From: Enoplolaimus lenunculus
Lineage: Eukaryota
Direction of reading: 5' to 3'
NCBI GenBank assembly: GCA_030248215.1
Contig: JASANG010001519.1
Span: 248,001 to 312,000, forward strand
DNA: 64,000 nt
Shown piece by piece: positions 1-11,500 of this stretch. Every line of letters begins with the position of its first letter. Position 1 is the stretch's first letter. Both the position numbers and the translations under genes were made by a program. Under the pieces are notes generated by a model that saw only the letters and a list, made by a program, of their open reading frames with translations, had not been told where the DNA came from and searched no databases.

Positions 1-315
1 GTTTGTCTAAAGCTTAAATTGACTCTATTACAGCCCCGCAGGAAAACGATCCGGTCTTGTTCTATATATGGGCCAACAATATTTATCAAAACGTATTTTA
101 ACACCAATATAAACGGTTTTTCAAAACGTTAGAAACATTTTGCATTTTTGAATTCTAAAAAGACATTTCTCAAGATTCAGTGCATGTGTATTGCAGCCAA
201 AATTTGCTGTATTTCTAGATTTTTTTTTGAAAAGTTGACATTTAGCAATTGTTTTTTTATATCCAATGTAACAGTAATTTTGTCATCGATGTCCACGAAT
301 CTAGCTAGCTACCCA

Positions 316-761
316 CTGTAGTGGCCCGAATAAGAGGGTGTGGGGTAATAAGACGGGGTCCCCATTTTGAGTCCCAATCAATAGGAGTCCGTTTCCGTAA
401 TAAGTGTCCGTAAGCGGATGGAGTCTCTAAACCCTAATTACAATCCATAAATGTCAATAATCCCTAATTGTAGCGCATAAATGACTCCAGAACCAAATAA
501 CTTGACTTCGAAACTTCAAAGCGTACTCTTAAATGTTGAAAGTACATTCCTAAGTATAACCTTGTATTAACGCTCAATCTTTTGACGAAACGCAAAAAAC
601 GTTTAATTCAACGGATAGTTGCAGTACCGAATATATATCTGTAACGAAGGCTGGCGGAGCGTGGGTTAAAAATAAATAACAGTCCGTAACCGAATAACAG
701 TAGACACTTTCTGAAGAGACCACATAAATATCAGTCCGCCTTCTTATTCGGGTCACTACAG
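316..761. mobile_element. Tc1/mariner-type MITE (TIR CTGTAGTGACCCGAATAAG)
   Basis: Terminal inverted repeats, TA at the right end. Same family as 4005-4743, 8585-8705 and 10895-11553. Confidence 0.75.
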
Positions 762-787
762 TACATATAATTTCGTTGTTATTTCAG

Positions 788-1171
788 GTTCGCGTCGAAC
801 GCAACGAATTTAACAACTACCTCAAAATGTACTGGCCACGAGAAGATGATTTTTGGACGCTAAACGATACAGAGTCGAATGCTGGACTTCGCCAGCTAAA
901 ACTCGGCGACATTGTTCTCGTACGTCAGATGGAAACACCGTTCAATGTCATAGTCAAACACAAAATTGATCGTATTATATACGAGCATGGCAATATTATT
1001 AATCCAGTGACAGGGCGGCGAGTTATGTATGGTGAATTCTTTGATAGAAAACAGTACAAAGATTCATTGATTAAACAGCTTATTGAAGAAGGTTTAACCG
1101 TTAGAGGGTTGACGTCATCAGGAGTAAGTGTGCACGGACACAGTGACCGTAGTGAAAATGGTCAAACTTGA
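788..1171 (+). CDS. MRPS17: Mitochondrial ribosomal protein S17 (uS17m), terminal exon; upstream exon(s) not identified in the window
   Basis: The TTTCAG acceptor ends at 787, followed by VRVERNEFNNYLKMYW...LKLGDIVLVRQ...VKHKIDRIIYEHGNIINPVTGRR. This matches the animal MRPS17 motifs YLxMY, GDxVLI and GxxIxPVTG. Confidence 0.85.
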   Translation, partial: VRVERNEFNNYLKMYWPREDDFWTLNDTESNAGLRQLKLGDIVLVRQMETPFNVIVKHKIDRIIYEHGNIINPVTGRRVMYGEFFDRKQYKDSLIKQLIEEGLTVRGLTSSGVSVHGHSDRSENGQT

Positions 1172-1788
1172 ACGGGATTGAAAGCGGAGACCGCTGCGAT
1201 TGTGAGATTAATTGTTGGTGGCAATATTGCAAGAACTGCCGGATTGTAGGTCCAATGAATTTGTATTGATGTGGGAAATTGCGAGGTGTGGCATAATTTA
1301 GTTGATTTAAATCTGCTACCGTGCCATTGTTTTTTTAGAAAAATACGCATAACTGCGGGTTGTTTGTGCGAAACTGATTCGATACTTTAGACAAGTTTTG
1401 TTACATGATTGTAAAACAACATAAGCGAAGCTTTAGTAAAGTTTAAAGCCAATTTCGAACATGTGTCGATGAAATTGTATACTATGGAATTGGAGATAAT
1501 TATGTTATCGTCAGGGGCGTAGTCAGGATTTCGTTTCGAGCGGGGGATAATTATATACGTTTAAAAGTTTGTTTTGCGAGCGAGAAAAATTTTCTACGTA
1601 CGCCGGTTCGGTTACGTACTCCACAGCCTGTAAAAATGCTTTTTTCGAGCTTTTCCACAAATTATTTGACCTATGCGCGCAACTTGTATACGCACCCTGA
1701 TCGTTTTGGTAAATTACCGTAAACACGGTTTGTCTCATGTTGATTCGACGTCAATTCTAAAATTTAGGCTGTCATATTGGGTAAACAG

Positions 1789-2367
1789 CAGGGTGAAACC
1801 AGATGCAAAAAATACCGGAGCCGGAGCCGGAGGTCAACAAAACCTGTCGGAGCCGGAGGTGAGGCGAAATTAGGTTGTAAAAATGATGGTCAATTAATAA
1901 ATTTTAGCCAATATGTTGTTATGTTGTTTAAAAGGATATGATTAATGGAAAAATCTTTAGTTTTTGTCAATATGCTTTCTCGCGTATATAGAGAGGACTG
2001 TGACCAGGGTGCAACCGGAGGTGAAAAATACGGGACCCGGAGTTCAACGAAACTTGCCGGAGCCGAGGTGAGGCGAAATAAAGTATAGGAAAAAAGTGAT
2101 GGTTAATTATTTAATTTTAGCCAATATTTGCAATATCTTAAGTTGTTTGGTTTTACGCTAATTTTCTGTGAAATTTCGGAAATTGTTTCCTGAAAATTGT
2201 GACAAAATTAAAACGAAATGCGCTGTAACAGATAAAGTATTTTACAAATTTATGTAAAATTTTACTTCGAAAATTGCTGGAACATCGTACGGCAAAAATT
2301 CTACCCGAGCCGGAGGCCGATTTTCTGCCGGAGCCGGAGCCGGGGCCAGACCTCCGGTTGTACCCTG
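1789..2367. mobile_element. Two hAT-like MITE copies of the CCGGAG family (partial 1789-~1940; full 2005-2367)
   Basis: TIR CAGGGTGCAACCGGAGG...CCTCCGGTTGTACCCTG; homologous to 4075-4384. Confidence 0.8.
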
Positions 2368-2572
2368 TTGTGAGCAATTATGTAGCGCAAATTGAGTATT
2401 CGCGAAGCACTACAAGGGTATTGATATCAATATACACGTGCGGTGCTGAGTATAAAATATCGAAGCATGAACGCAACGATCGGGTCAAGTTTTTATAAAA
2501 CGCGCATGCCCTTTGAACTTAAATCCCACATTAAACTCAAAATATTCAGAGAGAGAGAGAGTAGGATAAGGA

Positions 2573-5500
2573 TCATATTGCACTCTTCCATCCATCATCG
2601 AAACTACACATCCCGCACGAATATGGACATAGGCTTTGGTGTAATTTTCCGCGGCACAACTTTGTATTCATTATCGCTTGTCCACAATAGTAGGAGCGAT
2701 GTTCATCACTCAGCATCGTGTCGTAACACTGTTTGCCTACAATTTTAATCCCAAAATACGAGGAGGCTTTTAGGATTTATAGGCTTTGCGAACACGGGTG
2801 GTTTTCTTTCTTGTTTTTCCGTAAAATTTCGGTGAAGGGCAATAAAAACAATTTTGAACCTCCATCGCTAACTCAGAGCAGGTTGTTTATATTGTCGACC
2901 AGGGTTGTGTTGTTTTTTTTCCGGAAAAAATTATGACCGAAAAAAAGTGATTTTTTCCATTTTTTACCAAAAAAATGGAAAAAATTCTTTCTTTGTTTGA
3001 GTGATCGGTTAAGCCACCTTTAGCCGTCGTTTGCCCAAAAATGCTTGCATTTTGAAAGTTTTTGCATATTTGAGCTTCTGATGACATCGATTTTTAACGC
3101 CACAACAGACCAAAATTTTTCTTGCGTTCAATACAAAAGGTTGTGCGAACGGATTGGTATAGTCGGCCTTGGAGAACCTTTGCTTAACCCTTTCTCACCT
3201 GAATATTTTCTATTTCCCCTGAGACCTACTTTTATGCTAGGATTCGAACTCCAGCGACTGGAGTGGGAGGCGAATACCATCACCACTCAGCTATAGGAGC
3301 TTGACGCTCGAGCCCGAGGGGGCTGTCACGTTTTGTGGTGATTTAGTACTGTGTATACGTGTTGCAATTGTCAATCACGGTGCGATATATACTATTTAGC
3401 GTATATACTGCGCTAAGTTGCCTACAGGCAACTCAATGTGAAAAGGGGTTAATCAAGCATCTGATTTACGTTTCAAAATGTTTTATATTTTCGGGTTTTG
3501 GTATTTTGAATGCCACGTGTTCGGTTTCCGATATTTTTGTAAATAAATAAATTTTGCCGAGATTTAATCTGTTTTCTATGACTGTAGATCAAGGACAGTA
3601 GTACACTGCAAAAATAGTGAGTCAAATTGACTCTCTCCGAAATAGGCTTTTCCTGACTACTCAAATTGAGTCAAAGTTTGACTCCGCCATAGTCAAGTTC
3701 GACTCAATTTGGAGTCGAATTTTACTCAGTTCGTGTTGTCAGGAAAAGCCTATTTCGGAGAGAGTCAATTTGACTCACCATTTTTTGTTGTATAAAAGCC
3801 TTAATGGCAAATATATTTCATCGCCAATAGAGTACAAAACACGTGCAGTAGTGTGCAGTTCACAATATTTAAAACTATGTACCTTTTTCAACTTTGACTT
3901 TTAATTTTTATTCAGTAGAATTAATCAGTAATGAAATGAGTAATTAGATAGCATGCTGTTACAGGTGCGAAACTGTTATTTATCCTATACAGTTTATGCC
4001 TATACTGTAGTGACCCGAATAAGAGGGGTCCCCATTTTGAGTCCCAATCAATAGGAGTCCGTATCCCTAATAAGCAAGGTGCGACCGGAGGCCTGCCTCC
4101 GGCTTCGGCTCCGGCGCAGAAAAAGCAACATTTTGCATAATTTTAGAAAATTTATATGTTTACGCGTTTTGTTATAGATTTGTCACAATTTTCAGGAAAG
4201 AATTTCCGAAATTTTGCAGAAAATTAGCGTAAAATCAAACAACTTACCTAACAACATATTGCAGATATTAGCTAAAATTAACTACTTAACCATCATTCTA
4301 CCTAATTTCTCCTCATCTCCGGCTTCAGCTCCGGCAGTTTCGCTATCTCCGGCTGCGGTATTTTTCACCTCCGGTTGCACTTTGCTAATAAGAGTCTGTG
4401 AGCGGATAGAGCCCCTAAACCCTAGCTGAAGGCCATAAATGTCAATTATCCCTAATTATAGTGTATACTTAAATGACTTCAGGACCACTTAAAGTTGAGT
4501 TAGAAACTTTAAAGCATACTTAACTTCTGAAAGTACATTCCTAAAGCCTTGCATCGTCTTTCAAGCTTTGGATAGTACAAGACAAATAAGCGTTTAATTC
4601 AACGGATAGTCGCAATATCGGTTATATCAATAGCTGTAGGGTGGCGGAGGGTGGGTTAAAAATAGTTACCAAACAACAAAGGGGTATGCTCTGGAGAGGC
4701 CAAATAAATATCTGTCTCCTCCCTCTTATTCGGGTCACTACAGTAATCCGAGCAAAACCTGGCCGCTGATTCGCAAATCGTATGTCTGACGACAAAACGA
4801 ATTACCAGCACAGTTATGGCACGACAGTCGGCAAAGATTGAGCACTGCACCCGGATATGCTTTACATACGCCGGTAGTTGCCCATTTCCTGAAAGGGTGC
4901 CTAACAGGGTGTAAAACGCATTAGTAAAAATAACGGAAACGGAAACGGATAGTAATCGAAATAACGGAACCGAAAACTTAAAGCGGATATTGAAGTGTAA
5001 AAGTTTCAAATACGTTTTATTTTTATGCCACTACATTTGACGAAATGCAAACATTCATGTGGCTTTTTAAAAATTTCCAGAAGAAATAGAAGATGCAAGG
5101 AAATTTTTTTAATTTTAAATGAATTTCTTATTAACTTTTCATTCATATCGAACAATAGAGTATATCTGTAATGAAAAATTGGGAGAGATTCGTGAATTAT
5201 AACTAATTCTGAGCATAAAATTAACAAATTCCGGTATTTCTGTAACGGAAACGGAAACGAATATCGGGTACATCCTGGTGCGTAAACTACAAAACGGCTA
5301 AAGTAATAGAATTCTGTATTTACATATTGCTTAGCATGTGTGTGGCTAAATATGTCACATTTTTGCTTGGTGGTATTAGACAAAAGCGAACAATCGAACT
5401 TTTTGTTTTCATGCAATGCCTGCTAGCGGTACACTGCAAAAAATGGTGAGTCAAATTGACTCTCTCCGAAATAGGCTTTTTCATGGTATGTAGGTATGTA

Positions 5501-8500
5501 TGGTGTTGCTAGCGTGCACATACCTACATCCGTTAAGTGCAATTTAGTATCAGTTGGTTACACAAAAGCTTCCTTTAGATCACTTCACCCAGCGTCATAC
5601 CTTTTTCTAAAATCCTGACTACGCCCTTGCACTGCAAAAAATGGTGAGTCAAATTGACTCCCTCCGAAATAGGCTCTACGGGACTACACAAACTGAGTCA
5701 AAATTCGACTCCACCAGAGTCAAACGTGCGATTTTAGCGAGTCAAATTTGATTCTATTGGAGTCGAATTTGGCTCAGTTTGTGTAGTCTCGTATAGAGCC
5801 TATTTCGGAGAGAGTCAATTTGACTCACCATTTTTTGCAGTGTGGCTAAATCCATAAAAACATATTGTTGATAAGTACTAAAATACTGCTTACGGGCATT
5901 TTTCGTTGAGATCGATACATTTCCACAGATATGGATCTGAAATTGTGTTTAATACATACCGCTTTTTGAACCGCGAAAGCTGGCGCCCATCGTGAAAATA
6001 GACAACTTTTATTCTATTTAAGCTGCGAAGGTGGCAAAACTTGTTGCCAATTGACACTAACTGTGGCGTTTTTCATCTGCAGTCGCACCCTTCGTGACAC
6101 ATTTAGGGCCGGATCGTTTTCCGAAAGGGCAGTTAATACAGTCCGTTTAAGCTTTAGACTAAATTTTTTACTTAGGCTTAGGCATAGGCTTAGGCTTTTA
6201 GGAATAAGGGGCTGTAATACAGTCCGTTCAAGCTTTAGACTAATTTTTTTGCTTAGGCTTAGGCATAGGCTTAGGCTTTTAGGAATAAGGGGCTGTAATA
6301 CAGTCCGTTCAAGCTTTAGACTAATTTTTTACTTAGGCTTAGGCATAGGCTTAGGCTTAAGCTTTTAGGAATAAGGGGCTGTAATACAGTCCGTTCAAGC
6401 TTTAGACTAATTTTTTTGCTTAGGCTTACGCATAGGCTTAGGCTTAGGCTTTTAGGAATAGGCTCATCCTTACGCCAAGGCTTAGGCTTAGGCTTAGACT
6501 TAGGAATATGCATAACTACTGTTCCGGCCCTGTTATGGTCAGACTATTGCGCAACACACAAGGGTTCAACATACCTATGGTTGTGGATTTCGGCTGGCTG
6601 GTACGAATCACGGGTTGTACTGTTGTGGAATAAGAAACTTTATCTTGACATCGATATAATTTTTGTATCTTCAGCAAATCGTAATCGCTGAATCCAATTC
6701 TTTGTCCAATGTCAACACTGAAAATATACACAGAGTGACACTAAAAATATTTAAAGATTCTTGTTTGACATATAAATTTATATCATGGCAATCATTTTCT
6801 TGCTCTACCTTCTAAAGGTTGGAATGCGCTTTCTCACTATTCGGATTAGTTTCCAACTTAATCTTCGTTTTGGTTTTTAGTCTATTTTTTGAGCCGGGAA
6901 AGGTTTCTAGCTGAGAATATAACTGCACAATGTCGAAAATTAACAATTTAAAATTTGAAAATTATTTTTCGCCTTTTATTAGAAATTCCTTTGTAACTGA
7001 AAACTGGTGATTAATCATTGGTTCGCGACCGAAACCAAGCTAAAGTTCAGCTTTCCTGAGAATATGATTTTATTACACCAAGAAAAAATTAGCGTAATTT
7101 GTACAGTGAGAAAATTCAATACTCACTTAAAAGCCGTATGTAATTGTGATGTACGCTAAATTGAAAATTTAACTTTCGGGGCCCATGTAAAGATCAGGGG
7201 CGGAACGTTTTTCTGTGGGACTGTAATAGAGTAAGCTTAAGCGTTAGACTAATTTTTTTTGCTTAGCTTAGGCTTAGGAATAAACTCATTCTTACGGTTA
7301 GGCTTAGGCTTAGGTTTAGGAATATGCTTGTAATAATCGATCCGCCCGTGTTCTTTACATTGGCCGCTTTCGGTTACGACCGGAAAATAATCGAAACTCA
7401 AAGTTTTAAAGTTTCGGTCTCGATTTCCTATAGTCTTTTAGTCTCTGTGATCTGTGTAGCTGATTTTGTTCGAATTAGTTGTTAAAAATCTTACGCATAT
7501 GGTAAATTTGGGAATTACAGTGTGGATTCTAGACTGATCGTGGCAGAACTTCACTGTAATAAATTTCTGATTTGTTAAAAAAATTGGCCAATGCAGAGAA
7601 CAGGGGCGGAACAGTATCATAAGCTTATTCCTAAGCCTATGCGTAAGAATGAGCATATTCCTAAGCCTAAACCTAAGCCTAAGCATAAGCCTAAAAAATT
7701 AGTCTAAAGCTTAAGCTTATTCTATTCTAGTCCCACAGAAAAATGTTCCGATCCTGATTTTTCCATGGGTCAAAATTTTAGGCGATAAACACTTTGTAGC
7801 AGCGATACTAAATCACTGAAATTCAAAACAATGCTTTTTGTACACATTCCTGTCAGGCCCGTAGCCAGCTCACCTTGCTAGGGGTGGGGGCTTACAATTA
7901 TTATTCAGTATGGTCATTCAAGGGTTTTCAATGAGTTACAAGCAAGGTTGAAAACTTTCTAGGGGGCTAAAAGTTTTTCAGAGAGGCTGAGCCTCCCCCC
8001 CTTGGCTACGGGCCCGATTCTTGTATATTTTTTTGAAATGATTAATTAGTACTTAAGCATAACTTTAGGGTTGGATTTTGTTTAGCCATGGGTTTTAAAC
8101 TTGTGGTAAAATAACTCTGCTTGTGTACTTTGTAACGGTCGGCAGCAGCGTGTTTGACCAAACGTCTTTTGAGTAGGCTGCTTTATCGTAGTGCATCAAT
8201 GAACCGTAGTCGTATCGCATATTTAATTGTGGACCTTGAGGTTTTAGTTCGTTATTAAACGGGCATACTGTTCCGTCGTCTTTACAGAAGTTGTATTCTT
8301 TTCCTACAAACTATAGGTAAGTATAATACATTTATTGTTTTAGCACTCTAAATGCTTGTGCCACTAGACTTTTCTGGCCAATGTAAAGAACAGGGGCGAA
8401 CAGTATTATATGCATATTCCTATTAAGCCTAAGCCTAAGCCTAAGCCTAAGCCAAAGTCTAAGCGGTAGAATGAGCATATTCCTAAACCTAAGCCTAAGC

Positions 8501-11500
8501 CGAGCAAAAAATTAGTCTAAAGCGTAAGCTTAATCTATTGCAGTCCCACAGAAAAACGTTCCGCCCCTGATCATTTACATGGGCCGTCACGCGAATAAGA
8601 GGGGAGGTCGCCATGTTGAAGCCCAATCAATAGGAGTCCGTATCCCTAATTTTGGAGAGGCCAAATAAGTGTCAGTCTTTCCCCTCTCATTCGCTTCACT
8701 ATAGTATATATACAACCAATGTCAAATTAATACTAATAGTATTTAACGACAAACGTGCGACTCGGTGAGTCGAATTTGACTCTGACAGGATCGGATTTGA
8801 CTCAGTTTGAGTAGTCCCGTAGGCAGGTATTTCGGAGAGAATCAATTTGACTCACCATTTTTTGCAGTGCATGTTTACCGCTAAGATTTTCAAGCAAAAC
8901 AAAAATAATACTAAAAACTGTTCTATTTTAACCTGTTTCAATATTTGTCCAAAGAACATCGACGTATGCTTCGCGATCAGGTCTGTTATGTTCGTGAACA
9001 AAACCAATCGCATGCATCATTTCATGCATAACGACGCCTTTGGGATGACAAGCATTCGCTATTGAAATTTCTTGATTGCCTCCGCTACGGCCTACCATTG
9101 AATAACATCTGAAACAGTTAAGCTCCATTCATGCATGCAAGTTTTTGTTGCAACGAGAACACGCAGCTACAACTTGCGCGAAATACTTGCAGATGCAGGT
9201 ATTGTCAAAGGAACATTCCGATTGACCAATCAAACCACAGGTAAACAAGAAATTCCAAGCGAGTTGCAACTACGTTCACAGGTGCGAAATAAATAAAATA
9301 GAATGAATTCCAGTGAAAATTTGCAGCTGCAAGAACTTCAAACCTGCTTTGTGACCCCAAAGTTGCACATGCAAGTTGCACGTGCAAGTTTTTGCTGCAA
9401 AAACTTCTACGTGTGAATAGGGCCTTACTGTATAGTGTGAAACGAGACATATGGCGAATTAGAAAACTTTCGTATTAAAAAGATCTAAGGTGATAATAGC
9501 ATATATATACCGTACAATCCGTTGCTACGGTTTTCAAATTGAAATTGCGAAGATCGCTGGCACGTTTCTGAACAACCATGAACTTTTTTATTTTTTATAC
9601 CAAATGTATCGTATAGCAAACGGGGATGCTTCTCTTGATAAATTGTTTTCCCATCAAACAAAATTTTTCAGCAAAATGCGGAAAAATTTGTTTCAGCGAA
9701 GTTTTTTTCATCAAGGCATCTCTTTCCATGGTTTTCAGCGTCAAGCTTTATAGTGGAACACCAGCGATCATTGCAATCACCTTGCTCTCTAGAGTTCTTT
9801 TTTTCAGTAACAAGCTAATAACGTTGAATTGAGCATACCATGTGGGATAGGGTTAAAAAAACTTTTATAGTAGTTGTCTCAGTAAAAATATATCCTATAG
9901 ATGTTGAACTGATCATCTATATATTAATGCTGGAATTCCAGACATAGGTAATTTGGACAACTTTCCAGTATTACTTTGCTTACAATAAATTCTTAAATGT
10001 TCTTTGAAAAGAATATCGGCGTGAAGATGTTTGTGCACTCGCTAACTTTTGCGCCTTGCGCAAAACCGGCTGCCTAGTATAAAAGCTGTATGTGTGTGTG
10101 TATGATTACTAACGAAATGTTTACCCGAAATTTGAAGTAAAGTTAACATAATCAACATCGTTGGGTCGCTTTGATATCCAACGAACACAAGTCCATTTGT
10201 GAAAGTCATCAATCGATTCTTTGATTAATTCGCGTGCTCGATTAGCTAAAAAAGGCACGAGAACAAGAGCGTGGCCAGATGGTCCAAGGAGCCCTGTGGC
10301 CCGCTCCAACGGTCTCCAAAAAACTGGTTAATTAATATGCGCTATCAAAACGCCACAATCATTTTTACATGTAGAAATTGCACAAATTATGAGCTCATAT
10401 ATAAATTTGTCTTGGTCCCTTTCAAGCCAACATCGTTGCCGCACCCTTAAAATAAGGTATTCTTGATTTAAACGTGTCAAATTCGACATGGCTTGAAAAC
10501 ACACAAACATAATTTTAGTTGTCGTTTCGGCCGAAGTTTTTAATATGTGTTTTATATTGCTTTCTAAAACCAATTTTAGGAATTATGCATGAAAAAGTTT
10601 ACGTTGTTAATTGTAAATCAAAATCTACTGACGTAACACAATTTTCGACACCAAACTAAACCTAAGACCGATTGGCAAAAAAGACAGTTTTGGAAAACAT
10701 TTAACTAAAAAGCGAACATATTGGCACTACAATGAAGGTATACGTTTAAATATACATTTACTTAATGATTCGTGCAGAATGTATGGCACAACTCCGTTGG
10801 TCCATATCGTCGCTGAATTTACCATTGACTCTCGAAATACCTGAATTGCAACATTTCTAACGACGTTTATTTCGTCATTTGCTTGTTTGCTTTTTATTAG
10901 GAGTCCGTATCCCTAATAAGAGTCCGTAAGCGGATAGAGTCCCTAAACCCTAATTGAAGTCTATAAATGTCAATTATTCCTAATTGTAGCGCATAAAGGA
11001 CTCCAGGTCCAAATAATTTGACTTCGAAACTTTAAAGCGTACTTAAATTTTGTAAGTACATTCCTAAGAATTTACCTTGGATTATATCGCTCAAGCTATT
11101 GACTCAAGACAAATAAACGTGTAATTCAGCGGATAGTGGCAGTACCGGATATATAAACAGTAACGAAGGATGGCGGAGCGTGGGTGAAAAATAAGAGACC
11201 GTAACCGAGTAACAAGGGGGGTACCCTCTGGAGAGGCCAAATAAATATCAGTCTCCCTCTTATTCGGGTCACTACAGTATTTGTATTGTGTCAATAGCTG
11301 AGCGATAATACAAGGTTATACTTAGGAATGTACCTTCAAAATTTACGTACGCTTTAAAGTTTCGAACTCAAATTATTTGGTCTGGAGTCCTTTATACGCT
11401 ACCATTTGGGTTATTTGACATTTATGGACTCTAATTAAGGCTTAGGGACTCTATCCGCTTACGGACTCTTATTAAGGATACGGACTCCTATTGATTCGGA

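Noticed and set aside
2153..2498. PEPEP / GSGSG / GAGAG ORFs (also 1673-1873, 41752-42271)
   Set aside because: These are translations of CCGGAG motifs in hAT-like MITEs.
3236..3294. Functional tRNA-Gly gene
   Set aside because: The anticodon and acceptor stems do not pair properly, and it sits inside a repeated MITE.
6051..6691. ORFs rich in LRLRLR / LGLGLG / KPKPKP / SLSLSL (also 7438-7686, 59424-59636, 60545-60754)
   Set aside because: These are translations of TTAGGC repeats inside MITEs, not proteins.
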